Shown here piece by piece: positions 53,905 to 64,000 of a stretch of DNA of 64,000 nt (within the stretch, counting starts at the first letter, position 1; every line of letters begins with the position of its first letter). Made by a program: the position numbers and the translations under genes. The notes beneath the pieces were generated by a model, which was not told the origin of the DNA, did not search any database, and saw nothing but the letters and a program-made list of their open reading frames with translations. This DNA comes from Deferrisomatales bacterium. Its GTDB lineage: Bacteria > Desulfobacterota > Deferrisomatia > Deferrisomatales > JACRMM01. The DNA is taken from NCBI GenBank assembly GCA_033551855.1, contig JAWSUI010000005.1, positions 1 through 64,000 of the forward strand. Reading direction: 5' to 3'.

Positions 53905-55359
53905 TCAGATCAGGAACCGCACGGCCTCCCGGGCCAGGTCCACGATGCTGCCGGGGATGACGCCCAGGTACAGCACCCCGATGCCCGCCAGGACCGTGGC
54001 CAGGGCAGCGGAGGGTCCCCCCCGCAGCTCTTCCACGACCGGGGTCTCGGGGGCCTCTCGGAAGTACATGACCACGATGACCCGCAGATAGTAGTACACG
54101 CTCGCGGCCGAGTTGAGCACCCCCAGGATCGTGAGCCAGTAGTAGCCCTCGTTCACGGCCGCCTTGAAGATGAGGAACTTTCCGATGAAGCCGGCGGTCG
54201 GCGGGATCCCGGCCATGGAGAACATGAACACCGTCATCGCCAGGCCGAGAAGGGGAAACTTGAACCCCAGCCCCGAATAGGCCTCGAGCTCGGTGTTCTC
54301 CTGGCCGAACTTCCCCACCATGATCACGCACGCGAAGGCCCCCACGTTCATGAAGGCGTAGGCCAGGAGGTAGAAGAGCATGCCGGAGCTCGCCTCCGGG
54401 GTCCCCACCACGAGCCCGACCAGGAGGTACCCGGCGTGGGCGATGGAGGAGTAGGCCAGCATGCGCTTGACGTCGGTCTGGGCGATGGCGGCGAGGTTCC
54501 CCAGGGTCATCGTGAGCAGCGCGAGCACCCACAGGGCCCCGGACCACTCGCCGTGCAGCGCGGGGAACGCCGTGACGAAGACGCGCACGAAGGCGCTGAA
54601 CGCCGCCGCCTTCACCCCGGTCGCCATGAACGCCGTCACGGCGGTGGGGGCTCCCTGGTACACGTCGGGGGTCCAGGCGTGGAACGGCACCGCCGCCACC
54701 TTGAAGGCGAACCCCACCGTGATCAGGCCGACGCCGATGAGCGCCATCGGGGAGGCCGTGAGCCCCCGGACCTCGGCGAAGTGCCGCATCACGTCGTGGA
54801 GCTGCGTGCTCCCGCAGGCCCCGTAGATGAGCGCGATGCCGTACAGGAGGAACGCCGAGGCGAACGCCCCCAGGAGGAAGTACTTGTAGCTCGCCTCCGC
54901 TCCCCGCTCCGTCCGCAGGAAGCCGGCCAGGGCGTAGATGGCCAGGCTCATGGTCTCGAGGCCCAGGAAGATCACCAGCAGGTGCGTGCCCCCGGCCATG
55001 AGCATCATGCCCACCATGGCCAGCAGCACCAGCGCGTAGTATTCCCCGTGGTCCATCCGCTCGGAGCGCAGGTAGCCCTCGGAGAGGAGCAGGGTCAGCG
55101 CCCCCACCACGTAGATCACGAAGTAGAAAAACGCGGCGAAGCCGTCCGCGGCCAGCATCCGGGAGAACCCCAGGCGCTGCGGGCCGAAGAGGGCGGGGGT
55201 CAGCAGGGCCGCCACGACGATGCCGGCGATGCCCAGGTACGCCAGGTACCCCTTGCGGCCGGCCGGGTTGAAGGCCTCGGCCAGGAGGACCAGCAGGGCG
55301 GTCGCCGCGATCGCCATGTGGGGGGCCAAGGCCCCGAGGTCAGCCATCTGGAAGTCCAT
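53905..55359 (-). CDS. nuoN: Complex I subunit N
   Basis: EA..KYFLLGA, FKVAAVPFHAWTPDVYQGAP, KRMLAYSSIAH, YYYLR. Confidence 0.96.
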   Translation of the reverse strand: MDFQMADLGALAPHMAIAATALLVLLAEAFNPAGRKGYLAYLGIAGIVVAALLTPALFGPQRLGFSRMLAADGFAAFFYFVIYVVGALTLLLSEGYLRSERMDHGEYYALVLLAMVGMMLMAGGTHLLVIFLGLETMSLAIYALAGFLRTERGAEASYKYFLLGAFASAFLLYGIALIYGACGSTQLHDVMRHFAEVRGLTASPMALIGVGLITVGFAFKVAAVPFHAWTPDVYQGAPTAVTAFMATGVKAAAFSAFVRVFVTAFPALHGEWSGALWVLALLTMTLGNLAAIAQTDVKRMLAYSSIAHAGYLLVGLVVGTPEASSGMLFYLLAYAFMNVGAFACVIMVGKFGQENTELEAYSGLGFKFPLLGLAMTVFMFSMAGIPPTAGFIGKFLIFKAAVNEGYYWLTILGVLNSAASVYYYLRVIVVMYFREAPETPVVEELRGGPSAALATVLAGIGVLYLGVIPGSIVDLAREAVRFLI

Positions 55360-55377
55360 CGAGTTGCCTCCCTCTCC

Positions 55378-56943
55378 TCACTCGGCCGCGGAACGGCTCG
55401 GTTCCCGCCCAAGGATCAGGGCCACGGCGTCCTGGTGTCCCAGCTCCGCACACGCCACCCTCCGGGACTCCACCCGCTCCAACCACTGCTGCACCGAAGC
55501 GTCCATGGGACGCAGGAACACTGCGGGGTAGATCCCCATCCAGAAGGCCAGCACGACCATGGGGACGAGGTAGGCCCACTCCAGGCCCGTCAGGTCGGCC
55601 AGCCCCTTGTTCTTCTCGTTGTCCAGGGGGCCGAAGAAGACCCGCAACACCATCCACAGCATGTACCCCGCCGCCAGGATCACCCCGGACGCGGCAAAAA
55701 CCGCAGCGGTCTTGGAGGCCAGGAACGCGCCGACCATGATCAGGAACTCGCCCACGAACCCGTTCAGGCCCGGCAGCCCGATGGAGCTCATGGTGATCAC
55801 CACGAAGATCGCCGCGTACCACGGCATCTGCTTGGCCAGGCCGCCGAACTGGGCGATCTCCCTGGTGTGGCGGCGCTCGTAGATGACCCCGACCAGGAGG
55901 AACAGGGCGCCCGTCGACACCCCGTGGGCCAGGCTCTGGAAGATGCCTCCCTCGACGCCCTGGACGTTGAAGGCGAAGAGCCCCAGCATGACGAACCCGA
56001 GGTGCGACACCGAGCTGTAGGCCACCAGCTTCTTCACGTCGCTCTGGACCATGGCCACCAGGGCACCGTAGATGATGCCGATCACCGCGAGCACCATCAT
56101 GAAGGGCGCGAAGGCCTCGGCGGCGTTCGGGAAGAGCGGGATCGCGAAGCGCAGGAAGCCGTAGGTGCCCATCTTCAGGAGCACTCCCGCCAGGATCACG
56201 GACCCGGCCGTGGGCGCCTGGGTGTGGGCGTCCGGGAGCCAGGTGTGGAGCGGGAACATCGGCACCTTGATGGCGAAGGCCAGGGCGAAGGCGGCGAAGA
56301 GCCAGAACTGCACGTTGGGGGCGATGGGCAGGTCGTAGAGCCGCAGCACGTCGAAGGTCGCCCCGTAGCCCGCCTTGATGTTCAGGAAGTAGAGCGTCAG
56401 GATCGCGACCAGCATGAGCAGCGACCCCACCATGGTGTAGAGGAAGAACTTGATCGCCGCGTAGATCCGCTCCGCCCCTCCCCAGACTCCGATGAGGAAG
56501 TACATGGGGATGAGCATCGCCTCCCAGAAGATGTAGAAGAGGAAGAGATCAAGGGCCACGAGCGCCCCGAGCATCCCGGTCTCCAGTAGGAGGAAGAAGA
56601 ACATGTACTCCCGGACCTGCTTCTCGATGCTCCAGGACGACAGGATGCAGATCACCGAGAGGAAGGTGGTCAGGAGCACCAGGAAGAGGCTGATCCCGTC
56701 GATCCCGAGAAGGTACTGAATCCCCAGGCTCTCAATCCACGGGGCGCGCTCCACGAACTGCATGCCCCCCTCCCCGTTGTCGAAGCCGAACCACAGGGGC
56801 AGGCTCAGGGCGAAGGTCAGCAGCGTCACGAAGAGGGTCCAGCCGCGGAGCAGCCCCAGGCCCCCCCGGGGGAGGAAGAGCAGGACCACCGCCCCCGCCA
56901 ACGGCAGGAAGGTGATCAGGGTCAGGATCGGAAGCTCACCCAT
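55378..56943 (-). CDS. nuoM: Complex I subunit M
   Basis: FWEAMLIPM, KVPMFPLHTWLP.AH, LLKMG, GFVGEF. Confidence 0.96.
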   Translation of the reverse strand: MGELPILTLITFLPLAGAVVLLFLPRGGLGLLRGWTLFVTLLTFALSLPLWFGFDNGEGGMQFVERAPWIESLGIQYLLGIDGISLFLVLLTTFLSVICILSSWSIEKQVREYMFFFLLLETGMLGALVALDLFLFYIFWEAMLIPMYFLIGVWGGAERIYAAIKFFLYTMVGSLLMLVAILTLYFLNIKAGYGATFDVLRLYDLPIAPNVQFWLFAAFALAFAIKVPMFPLHTWLPDAHTQAPTAGSVILAGVLLKMGTYGFLRFAIPLFPNAAEAFAPFMMVLAVIGIIYGALVAMVQSDVKKLVAYSSVSHLGFVMLGLFAFNVQGVEGGIFQSLAHGVSTGALFLLVGVIYERRHTREIAQFGGLAKQMPWYAAIFVVITMSSIGLPGLNGFVGEFLIMVGAFLASKTAAVFAASGVILAAGYMLWMVLRVFFGPLDNEKNKGLADLTGLEWAYLVPMVVLAFWMGIYPAVFLRPMDASVQQWLERVESRRVACAELGHQDAVALILGREPSRSAAE

Positions 56944-56962
56944 CGGTCTCTCTCCTCCTACC

Positions 56963-58936
56963 CTAGAACGCAGCCATGAGCGCGTAGTAGGCGACCACCA
57001 CCACGGCCCCGAAGAGGATCGTCAGCGCGTAGCCCTGCACCCGGCCCGTCTGGAGCTGCCGTAGCCCGCCGCCCACCGTGCGCACCAGGTACCCGGTGCC
57101 GTTGACGATCCCGTCGATCACGACCACGTCCCAGAACGCCCACAGGAAGGTCGCCAGGGACAGGCAGGTGTCCACGAACACCGCCTGGTAGATCTCGTCC
57201 ACGTAGTACTTGTTGTTCAGAAGCTCGTACGCGCCGCGGCACTTCTCGGCGATCGCCTTCGGCAGGTCGGGCTTCAGGAGGTAGAGGAAGTAGGCGCCCA
57301 GGATGCCCAGGAGCGCGTACGCCACGCTCAGGAACATGAGCACGTACTCGACGGGATCGTGGTGGGCGGCCCCGTGCTCCCCCGCCGCGCCGGCCATTTC
57401 CGCCGCCGCGTGGACGCCGGCCTGGGACCCGACGTCGAGGACGGGCGCGAGCCAGTGGTGGAAGTGGTTTGCTCCCCCCAGGGCCGCGGGGATTCCGATC
57501 CAACCGCCCACCACCGAGAGCAGGGCCAGGATCCACAGAGGCCCGGTCATGCTCACGGGCGACTCGTGAACGTGGACCTCGTGATGGTCGAAGCGCTCCT
57601 TGCCGAAGAAGGTCATGAACACGAGGCGGAACATGTAGAACGCCGTGATGCCGGCCGCTATGAACCCCAGGAACCACTGAAACTGGAATCCGTTGGACCA
57701 CGCCATCCACAGGATCTCGTCCTTCGAGAAGAACCCGGCCAGGGGCGGAAGCCCCGCGATGGCGATGGTGGCCACGAGGAAGGTGAGATAGGTGTGGGGC
57801 ATGTGGGCCTTCAGGCCCCCCATCTTGCGCATGTCCTGCTCGCCGCCCATCCCGTGGATCACCGACCCGGACCCGAGGAACAGGCAGGCCTTGAAGAAGG
57901 CGTGGGTCATGAGGTGGAAGATGCCCGCCACGTACGCCCCCACCCCCATGGCCGTGAACATGTAGCCGAGCTGGCTCACGGTGGAGTAGGCGAGCACCTT
58001 CTTGATGTCGTTCTGGGTCAGGGCGATGGTCCCGGCGAAGAGGGCCGTGAGGGCCCCGATGGTCGCCACCACCGCCATGGTGGTCGGGGCCAGGGAGTAG
58101 AGCACCGCCGCCCGGCCGATCATGTAGACGCCCGCGGTGACCATGGTGGCCGCGTGGATCAGGGCCGATACGGGGGTCGGGCCCGCCATCGCGTCGGGGA
58201 GCCAGACGTAGAGGGGAATCTGGGCGCTCTTGCCCGTGGCTCCGACGAAGAGCAGGAGGGTGATCGCGGTCACCGCGGCCCCTCCGACCGCAAGGGTCGC
58301 CGGCGCCTGGGCCATGACGGTGCGGAAGTCCAGGGTGCCGAAGTACACGAAGATCAGGAACATGCCCAGCAGGAAGCCGAAGTCGCCGATCCGGTTGACG
58401 ATGAAGGCCTTCATGCCGGCCGCCGCCTTGGCGCGGTCCTCGAACCAGAATCCTATGAGGAGGTAGGAGCACAGCCCCACCCCTTCCCAACCCACGAACA
58501 TCACCAGGAAGTTGCTCCCCAGCACCAGGGTGAGCATCGCGAAGCTGAAGAGGTTGAGGTACGCAAAGTAGCGGGAGTAGCCCGGGTCGTGGTGCATGTA
58601 CCCCACCGAGTACACGTGGATCAGGAACCCCACGCCCGTGACCACCAGGATCATCACGGCGCTCAGGGGATCCAGCAGGTACGCGAGATCGACCTTCAGC
58701 GAGCCGGCGGCGATCCACTCGAACAGCGTCTGGGTCAGGACCCGCTCGGTCTCCGGGAGGGCCCGCAGGGTGAAGAACCCCCACACCGAGACCAGGAACG
58801 AGAGAAACACGCTCCCGCACGCGATCCAGTGGACGAGGCTCTTGGGCAGCCGCTTCCCGATGAGGCCGTTGATCAGGGCCCCCACCATCGGGAAGAGCGG
58901 GATGAGCCAGATGTACTCCCAGGTGTGTTCGTGCAT
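56963..58936 (-). CDS. nuoL: Complex I subunit L
   Basis: GWEGVG, NRIGD, GKSAQIPL..WLPDAMAGPTP, THAFFKA, C-terminal lateral helix. Confidence 0.96.
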   Translation of the reverse strand: MHEHTWEYIWLIPLFPMVGALINGLIGKRLPKSLVHWIACGSVFLSFLVSVWGFFTLRALPETERVLTQTLFEWIAAGSLKVDLAYLLDPLSAVMILVVTGVGFLIHVYSVGYMHHDPGYSRYFAYLNLFSFAMLTLVLGSNFLVMFVGWEGVGLCSYLLIGFWFEDRAKAAAGMKAFIVNRIGDFGFLLGMFLIFVYFGTLDFRTVMAQAPATLAVGGAAVTAITLLLFVGATGKSAQIPLYVWLPDAMAGPTPVSALIHAATMVTAGVYMIGRAAVLYSLAPTTMAVVATIGALTALFAGTIALTQNDIKKVLAYSTVSQLGYMFTAMGVGAYVAGIFHLMTHAFFKACLFLGSGSVIHGMGGEQDMRKMGGLKAHMPHTYLTFLVATIAIAGLPPLAGFFSKDEILWMAWSNGFQFQWFLGFIAAGITAFYMFRLVFMTFFGKERFDHHEVHVHESPVSMTGPLWILALLSVVGGWIGIPAALGGANHFHHWLAPVLDVGSQAGVHAAAEMAGAAGEHGAAHHDPVEYVLMFLSVAYALLGILGAYFLYLLKPDLPKAIAEKCRGAYELLNNKYYVDEIYQAVFVDTCLSLATFLWAFWDVVVIDGIVNGTGYLVRTVGGGLRQLQTGRVQGYALTILFGAVVVVAYYALMAAF

Positions 58937-58958
58937 CGCAGCGTCCTCTTTCGGGCGC

Positions 58959-59261
58959 TCAGCCCTTGAGCAGATCGAGCTCGTCCGCGTACACCGTGTG
59001 CCGGATCCGGTACAGCGACACGATGATAGCCAACCCCACCGCGGCCTCGGCCGCCGCCACCGTCATGACGAAGAGCACGTAGATGAGCCCCTCGGCGCTG
59101 TTGAGGTGGTCGGCGATGGCCACGAAGGCCAGGTTTACGCCGTTGAGCATGAGCTCGATGCACATGAGAAGGACGATGACGTTGCGCCGGAGCAGGACGC
59201 CCACGGCCCCCAGGGTAAAGAGCACTGCCGAGAGGGTCATCGAGTACTCGAGGGGAATCAT
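58959..59261 (-). CDS. nuoK: Complex I subunit K
   Basis: RRN, IELMLN, AAAEAAVGLA. Confidence 0.96.
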   Translation of the reverse strand: MIPLEYSMTLSAVLFTLGAVGVLLRRNVIVLLMCIELMLNGVNLAFVAIADHLNSAEGLIYVLFVMTVAAAEAAVGLAIIVSLYRIRHTVYADELDLLKG

Positions 59262-59312
59262 CTCATCCTCCGTTGCCCGTCGGGCCTGAACACAACGTCC
59301 GCCCCGCGGGGA

Positions 59313-59819
59313 TCACAGGCGCTTCTTCGCGAGGACAACCGCGCCGACGAGCCCCACCAGGAGCAGGATGCCGGCGGCCTCGAAGGGCAGCAGGTACGTG
59401 GTGAAGAGCTCGTCGGCGATGAGCTCCACGCTGCCCACCTGCTCCCGGGCCTCGAGGGTCATCCCCCCGGTCACCCCCGTGAGCCGGGAGGCCAGGGGCA
59501 CCACGAGGAGCACGAAGAGCAGGCCCGCCCAGACCAAGCCCACCAGCTTCGCCCCCGAGGGCCGCTTCCCGGCGCCTTCCTCCTTCCGGATGTCCAGGAG
59601 CATGATCACGAACACGATGAGCATCATCACGGCCCCGGCGTACACCATGAGCTGGATGGCGAAGATGAACTCGGCGTGGTGGAGCAGGTAGATCACCGCC
59701 AGGCTCACCATGGTCCCCACCAGGGACATGGCCGAGTGGATGGGGTTGCGGCAGGTCAGCACCCCCAGCGCGCCCAGCACCGCCAGACCCGCGAAGACGA
59801 AAAAGAGCGCTACGGCCAT
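59313..59819 (-). CDS. nuoJ: Complex I subunit J
   Basis: NPIHS, QLMVYAGAV, YLLPFE. Confidence 0.94.
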   Translation of the reverse strand: MAVALFFVFAGLAVLGALGVLTCRNPIHSAMSLVGTMVSLAVIYLLHHAEFIFAIQLMVYAGAVMMLIVFVIMLLDIRKEEGAGKRPSGAKLVGLVWAGLLFVLLVVPLASRLTGVTGGMTLEAREQVGSVELIADELFTTYLLPFEAAGILLLVGLVGAVVLAKKRL

Positions 59820-59842
59820 AGAGAACCTCCTCCCCTTTCGCC

Positions 59843-60244
59843 TCAGTTCCGGGCCAGCACGTCCCGGGTCATGTGGAACTCCTCCCGGGTGTACCCGCAG
59901 AACTCGTATTCGCGCGTGAGCTCGATGGCGTCCTTGGGGCACGCCTCCGCGCAGTACCCGCAGAAGATGCAGCGCGACACCTCCACCACGAACCGCTCCG
60001 GAAACCGGCGGCCGTCGGGGGTCTCCTTCGCCTCCACGGTGATCACGTCGGCCGGGCACACCGCCTCGCACAGGCCGCAGGCCACGCACTTGAGGCGTCC
60101 GTTCTCGCTCTTGAGCCGGTGCAGCCCTCGCCAGCGCTCTGCGGGCTCCCGCTTCTCCTCGGGATACTGGATGGTGACGGGCTTGGTGAAGAACCGCCCC
60201 AGGGTGAACGCCAGTCCCTTGAGGAGGGGGGTGATGACCGCCAT
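59843..60244 (-). CDS. nuoI: Complex I subunit I (2x[4Fe-4S])
   Basis: TIQYPEE, CVACGLCEAVCP, CIFCGYCAEACP. Confidence 0.95.
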   Translation of the reverse strand: MAVITPLLKGLAFTLGRFFTKPVTIQYPEEKREPAERWRGLHRLKSENGRLKCVACGLCEAVCPADVITVEAKETPDGRRFPERFVVEVSRCIFCGYCAEACPKDAIELTREYEFCGYTREEFHMTRDVLARN

Positions 60245-60278
60245 CTCGTCTCTCCTGTGCCGGCCCGCGCCGCGCCGG

Positions 60279-61286
60279 TTACGCGAACACCGTGTAGTAC
60301 ACGCCCACCACCACCACGTTGGCGATGGACACCGGGATCAGCACCTTCCACCCGAAGTTCATCACCTGGTCGTACCGGAATCGGGGGAAGGTGCCCCTCT
60401 CCCAGATGAAGAAGAAGACCAGCACGAACACCTTGAGGAGGAACCACACGACCTTCGGGACGAAGGGCACCTCGATGCCGAAGGGCAGGTGCCACCCGCC
60501 CAGGAAGAGGCAGGTGATCAGTGCGGCCAGCGAGATCGCGTGGGCATACTCGGCCATGAAGAACATGGCGAACTTCATGCTCGAGTACTCGATGTTGAAG
60601 CCGCAGGCGAGCTCGCTCTCGGCTTCCGGCATGTCGAAGGGCGTGCGGTTGATCTCGGCCAGCCCGCAGATCAGGTACAGGACGAAGGGAACCCAGAGGA
60701 TGGGGTTGAAGATGTTCCACATGTGGCTCTGGCCGTCCACGATCTGCACCAGGGAGAGGCTGCCGCTGACCATGATGACGCTGATCAGCGTGAATCCCAG
60801 GGCGAGCTCGTAACTGACCATCTGGGCCGCCGCCCGCAGGGAGCCCATCAGGCCGTACCGGTTGTTCGAGCCCCACCCCCCCAGGACGACGCCGAACTCG
60901 CCGAGGCTCGCCAACCCGAGAATGAAGATCAGCGCCACGTTGATGTCCGCCACCCTCATCGTGATTTCCCGCCCGAAGAGGGTGATCGACTCCCCGAAGG
61001 GGATCACCGAGACGATCAGGATGGCCGGGATGATGGAGAGGGCCGGCGCCAGGATGTACGCCACCCGGTCCGCGTTCGCCGGGACGATGTCCTCCTTGAA
61101 GAACCCCTTGATGCCGTCGGCGATGGGCTGGAGCAGGCCGAAGGGGCCCACGCGGTTGGGCCCGCGGCGCACCTGGATGCGGCCCAGCACCCGGCGCTCC
61201 AGCCAGGTGGTGTAGGCCACCATCAGCATGAGAACGCCGAAGACCACCACCACCTTGATCACGCTCTCGATCAGGAAGGCAACCAT
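60279..61286 (-). CDS. nuoH: Complex I subunit H
   Basis: ERR....Q.R.GP, LLQPIADG.K, SYE, NRTPFDMPEAESEL, PRFRYDQ. Confidence 0.97.
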   Translation of the reverse strand: MVAFLIESVIKVVVVFGVLMLMVAYTTWLERRVLGRIQVRRGPNRVGPFGLLQPIADGIKGFFKEDIVPANADRVAYILAPALSIIPAILIVSVIPFGESITLFGREITMRVADINVALIFILGLASLGEFGVVLGGWGSNNRYGLMGSLRAAAQMVSYELALGFTLISVIMVSGSLSLVQIVDGQSHMWNIFNPILWVPFVLYLICGLAEINRTPFDMPEAESELACGFNIEYSSMKFAMFFMAEYAHAISLAALITCLFLGGWHLPFGIEVPFVPKVVWFLLKVFVLVFFFIWERGTFPRFRYDQVMNFGWKVLIPVSIANVVVVGVYYTVFA

Positions 61287-61414
61287 GGGCTCCTCGCTTT
61301 GCTCGGCCGCGACGCGTGACGGGTGACGCGTGACGCGCTACCCCCTAGCCGCTGCCCGTCGCGCGTTGCTGTCGGCCGACGGCGTTTGGCCGTTGACCCT
61401 TCACTCTTCAACGT

Positions 61415-64000
61415 TCACACCTTCTCCACCCGCACCGCGCAGACCTTGTACTCGGGGATCTTGGCCGTGGGGCAGACCACCGGGTTGGTCAGCACGTTCA
61501 CCGGGGACTCGCTGTAGTGGAAGCTCAGGAACACGGTGCCGGGCGCGGTGCGGTCCACCACCTGTACCTTGGTCCGGATCTCGCCCCGGCGGGAGGACAC
61601 CTGGACGGTGTCGCCGGTCCGGAGTCCCAGCTTCTCCGCGTCGGCCGGGTGCACCTCCATGAAGCCCTCGGGAAAGCAGTCGTTGATGCGCCCGCACCGC
61701 CGGGTCATGGTGCCCGAGTGGTAGTGGGCGTGCTCCCGGCCGGTGGTGAGCAGGAGCGGGTACTCGGCGTCCGCCTTCTCGTCCGCCCCGCGGAACGCGA
61801 CCGGCGTGAAGAGCCCCTGGCCCCGGGTGAACTTGCCCACGTGGAGGATCGGCGTGCCCGGGTGATCCTTGCTCGGGCAGGGCCACTGGAGCCCCTCGCG
61901 CTCGAGCCGGGCGTAGTCCATGCCGGCGTAGCTGGGCGTCAGGCGGGCGATCTCGTCGAAGACCTCCGAGGGCCCTTCGTAGCTCATCTTGAGGCCCATG
62001 CGGCCGGCCAGGTCCTGAAAGATCTCCCAGTCCGGCCGGGACTCGCCCCGGGGCGCCACGGCCGCCCGCACCCGCTGGACTCTGCGCTCGGTGTTGGCGA
62101 AGGTGCCGTCCTTCTCGGCGAAGGAGCTGGCCGGGAGCACCACGTGGGCCTTGGCGGCGGTCTCGGTGAGGAAGATGTCCTGGACCACCAGGAGCTCGAG
62201 CTTCTCGAGCGCCTCTCCGACGTGGCTCAAGTCCGGGTCGGTGATCATGGGGTTCTCGCCCATGACGTAGAGGGCCTTGACCGTACCGTCCAGCGCGCCG
62301 TGGGTGGCCTCGGTCACGGTGAGCCCGGGCTTGCGGGGGACCTTGCGGCCCCAGGCCTCTTCGAACTTGGCCGCGGCCGCGTCGTCGTCCACCCGCTGGT
62401 ACCCGGTGAGGACGTTGGGGAGGCCCCCCATGTCGCAGGCGCCCTGCACGTTGTTCTGGCCCCGCAAGGGGTTCAGCCCCCCGCCCTCCACGCCGACGTT
62501 GCCGCACAGCATCGCGAGGTTGGCCAGGGCCTTGACGGCATCGGTGCCCTGGGAGTGCTGGGTGACGCCCATGCAGTAGAGGATCGATGCCGGCTTCGCG
62601 GCGGCGTAGAGGCGCGCGGCCTCCCGGAGGGACTCCGCGGGCACCCCGATGATCAGCTCCACCTTCTCCGGCGTGAAGTCGGCCAAGGACGCGGCGAGTT
62701 CCTCGAAGCCCTCGCACCGCTCGGCCACGTAGGCCGCGTCGTGGAGCCCCTCCGCGAGGATCACGTGCATCATCGCGTTGAGGACGGGGATGTTGTGGCC
62801 GGGTTCGATCTGCAGGAAGACGTTCGCGTAGTCCGTGAGCGGGATCCGGCGGGGATCGACCACGACCAGCTTGGCCCCCTTCCGGGTGATGGCTCGTTTG
62901 AGCACATCGCCGATGATCGGATGGTTCTCGGTGGTGTTGGAGCCGATGACCAGGAACGCCGCGGCCTTCTCGAAGTCGGCGATGGAGTTGGTCATCGCGC
63001 CGGAGCCGAAGCTGGTGGCCAGACCGGCCACGGTGGCGCTGTGTCAGAGTCGTGCGCAGTGATCGACGTTGTTGGTGCCGATCACCGCGCGGAAGAACTT
63101 CTGGAAGAGGTAGTTGTCCTCGTTCGTGCACCGGGCGCTCGCGAACCCTGCGACCGCGTCGGGGCCGCTCTCGTCCTTGATCTGCTGGAGCTTCGACGCG
63201 ACAAAACCGAGGGCCTCGTCCCAGGTGGCCTCCGCGAGCTGGCCGTTCTTCCGCACCAGGGGCACGGTGAGCCGGTCGGGGTGGTTGACGAACTCCCAGC
63301 CGAACCGGCCCTTCACGCACAGGCTCCCCCGGTTCGGGACCGCGTCGAAGTCGGTGGTGGTGACCCGCAGGACCTGGTCGTTCTTCGCGTTGAGCTCGAG
63401 CTGACACCCGACGCCGCAGTACCCGCACGTGGTGCGGACGCGGCTGGCCTGCCAGGTGCGTGCCTTGCGGGGCATCACCGAGTCGGTCAGCGCCCCCACC
63501 GGGCAGACCGAGAGGCACTCGCCGCAGGAGATGCACTCCACCCCCGGCACCGGGCCGATGTAGGAGTGGAACCCGTTGTCGACGATCTGGATGCACCCGA
63601 TGCCCTTGATCTCCTTGCAGGCGTGGACGCACCGGGCGCACAGCACGCATCGGTCGGGCCACTGCTGGATGAATGGGGAGACGTACCGGGGCACGGGGCG
63701 CTCGAAGGTCTCGGCCGCAAAGTCCTGCTTCGTGACGCCGAATTCCCAGGTCAGGTCCTGGAGGTCGCACTCGCCCCCCTTGTCGCAGACCGGGCAGTCC
63801 AGGGGGTGGCGCACGAGGAGGAGCTTGAGGACGTCGCGCCGCATCTCCCGGAGCTCCTCCGACTCGGTGCGCACGACGAGGCCCTCTCCGGCCGGGGTGT
63901 CGCAGGCGGTGATGGGCTTCCGATACCCCTCCACCTCCACCACGCACATGCGGCAGGACCCGATGGGGGCGAGCTTCTTGAGCCAGCACAGGGTCGGGAT
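61415..64000 (-). CDS. Selenocysteine-containing formate dehydrogenase alpha subunit (Mo/W-bisPGD) with NuoG-type N-terminal Fe-S module; 5' end outside the window; Sec codon 63044-63046
   Basis: Track ORFs 63044-63949 and 61415-63031 are in one frame joined by TGA: NNVDHCARL-U-HSATVAGL; IPTLC..GSCRMC..C, HPLDCPVC..GGEC, CVLCARC..AC, CISCGEC..VCP, TCGYCGVGC..LCVKG, PLRGQNNVQG. Confidence 0.93.
63015..63031 (-). promoter_or_regulatory. Bacterial SECIS element
   Basis: GTGGCC-GGTCT-GGCCAC hairpin after a 12-nt spacer from the UGA; same GGTCT apex as the E. coli fdhF SECIS. Confidence 0.85.

Noticed and set aside
53905..58936. Complex I variant with a duplicated NuoM
   Set aside because: Only one each of nuoL, nuoM and nuoN is present
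61415..63949. Two separate ORFs or an FDH pseudogene
   Set aside because: Same frame, TGA at the catalytic position and a SECIS follows; it is one selenoprotein gene

Overview
GC-rich bacterial chromosome segment. Gene content suggests an anaerobic deltaproteobacterium (Desulfobacterota); this is an inference, not a database result. (1) 1-14.3 kb: defence island abutting the 3' end of tRNA-Pro(GGG), with an att-like junction and an AlpA gene. On the minus strand it carries a decayed pRiA4b-ORF3 gene, SNF2 helicase, SWIM protein, hsdM, hsdS, four-helix-bundle protein, TIGR02391-like protein, a relic second hsdR 5' end, a 34-aa membrane ORF, AbiEi/AbiEii and a C-terminally truncated hsdR. (2) 14.3-34 kb: core genes tRNA-Val-thrS-infC-rpmI-rplT-pheST-ihfA-merR-tRNA-Pro, tatBC, a radical SAM/DUF3786/LysR operon, maf, dus and mutL-miaA-hfq. 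(3) 34-54 kb: porin, nitronate monooxygenase/FabX-like flavoprotein, two-component system, EamA, YaiI, RND+MFP+ABC exporters, msrA, arginyltransferase, amidohydrolase and lepA. (4) 54-64 kb: nuoH-I-J-K-L-M-N. The gene in the nuoG position is a selenocysteine formate dehydrogenase alpha subunit with in-frame UGA, SECIS and intact catalytic motifs, split in two by the ORF track. This candidate formate-fed, proton-pumping complex I variant is the most interesting system in the window. Several dispersed repeat families occur; no CRISPR array was seen.
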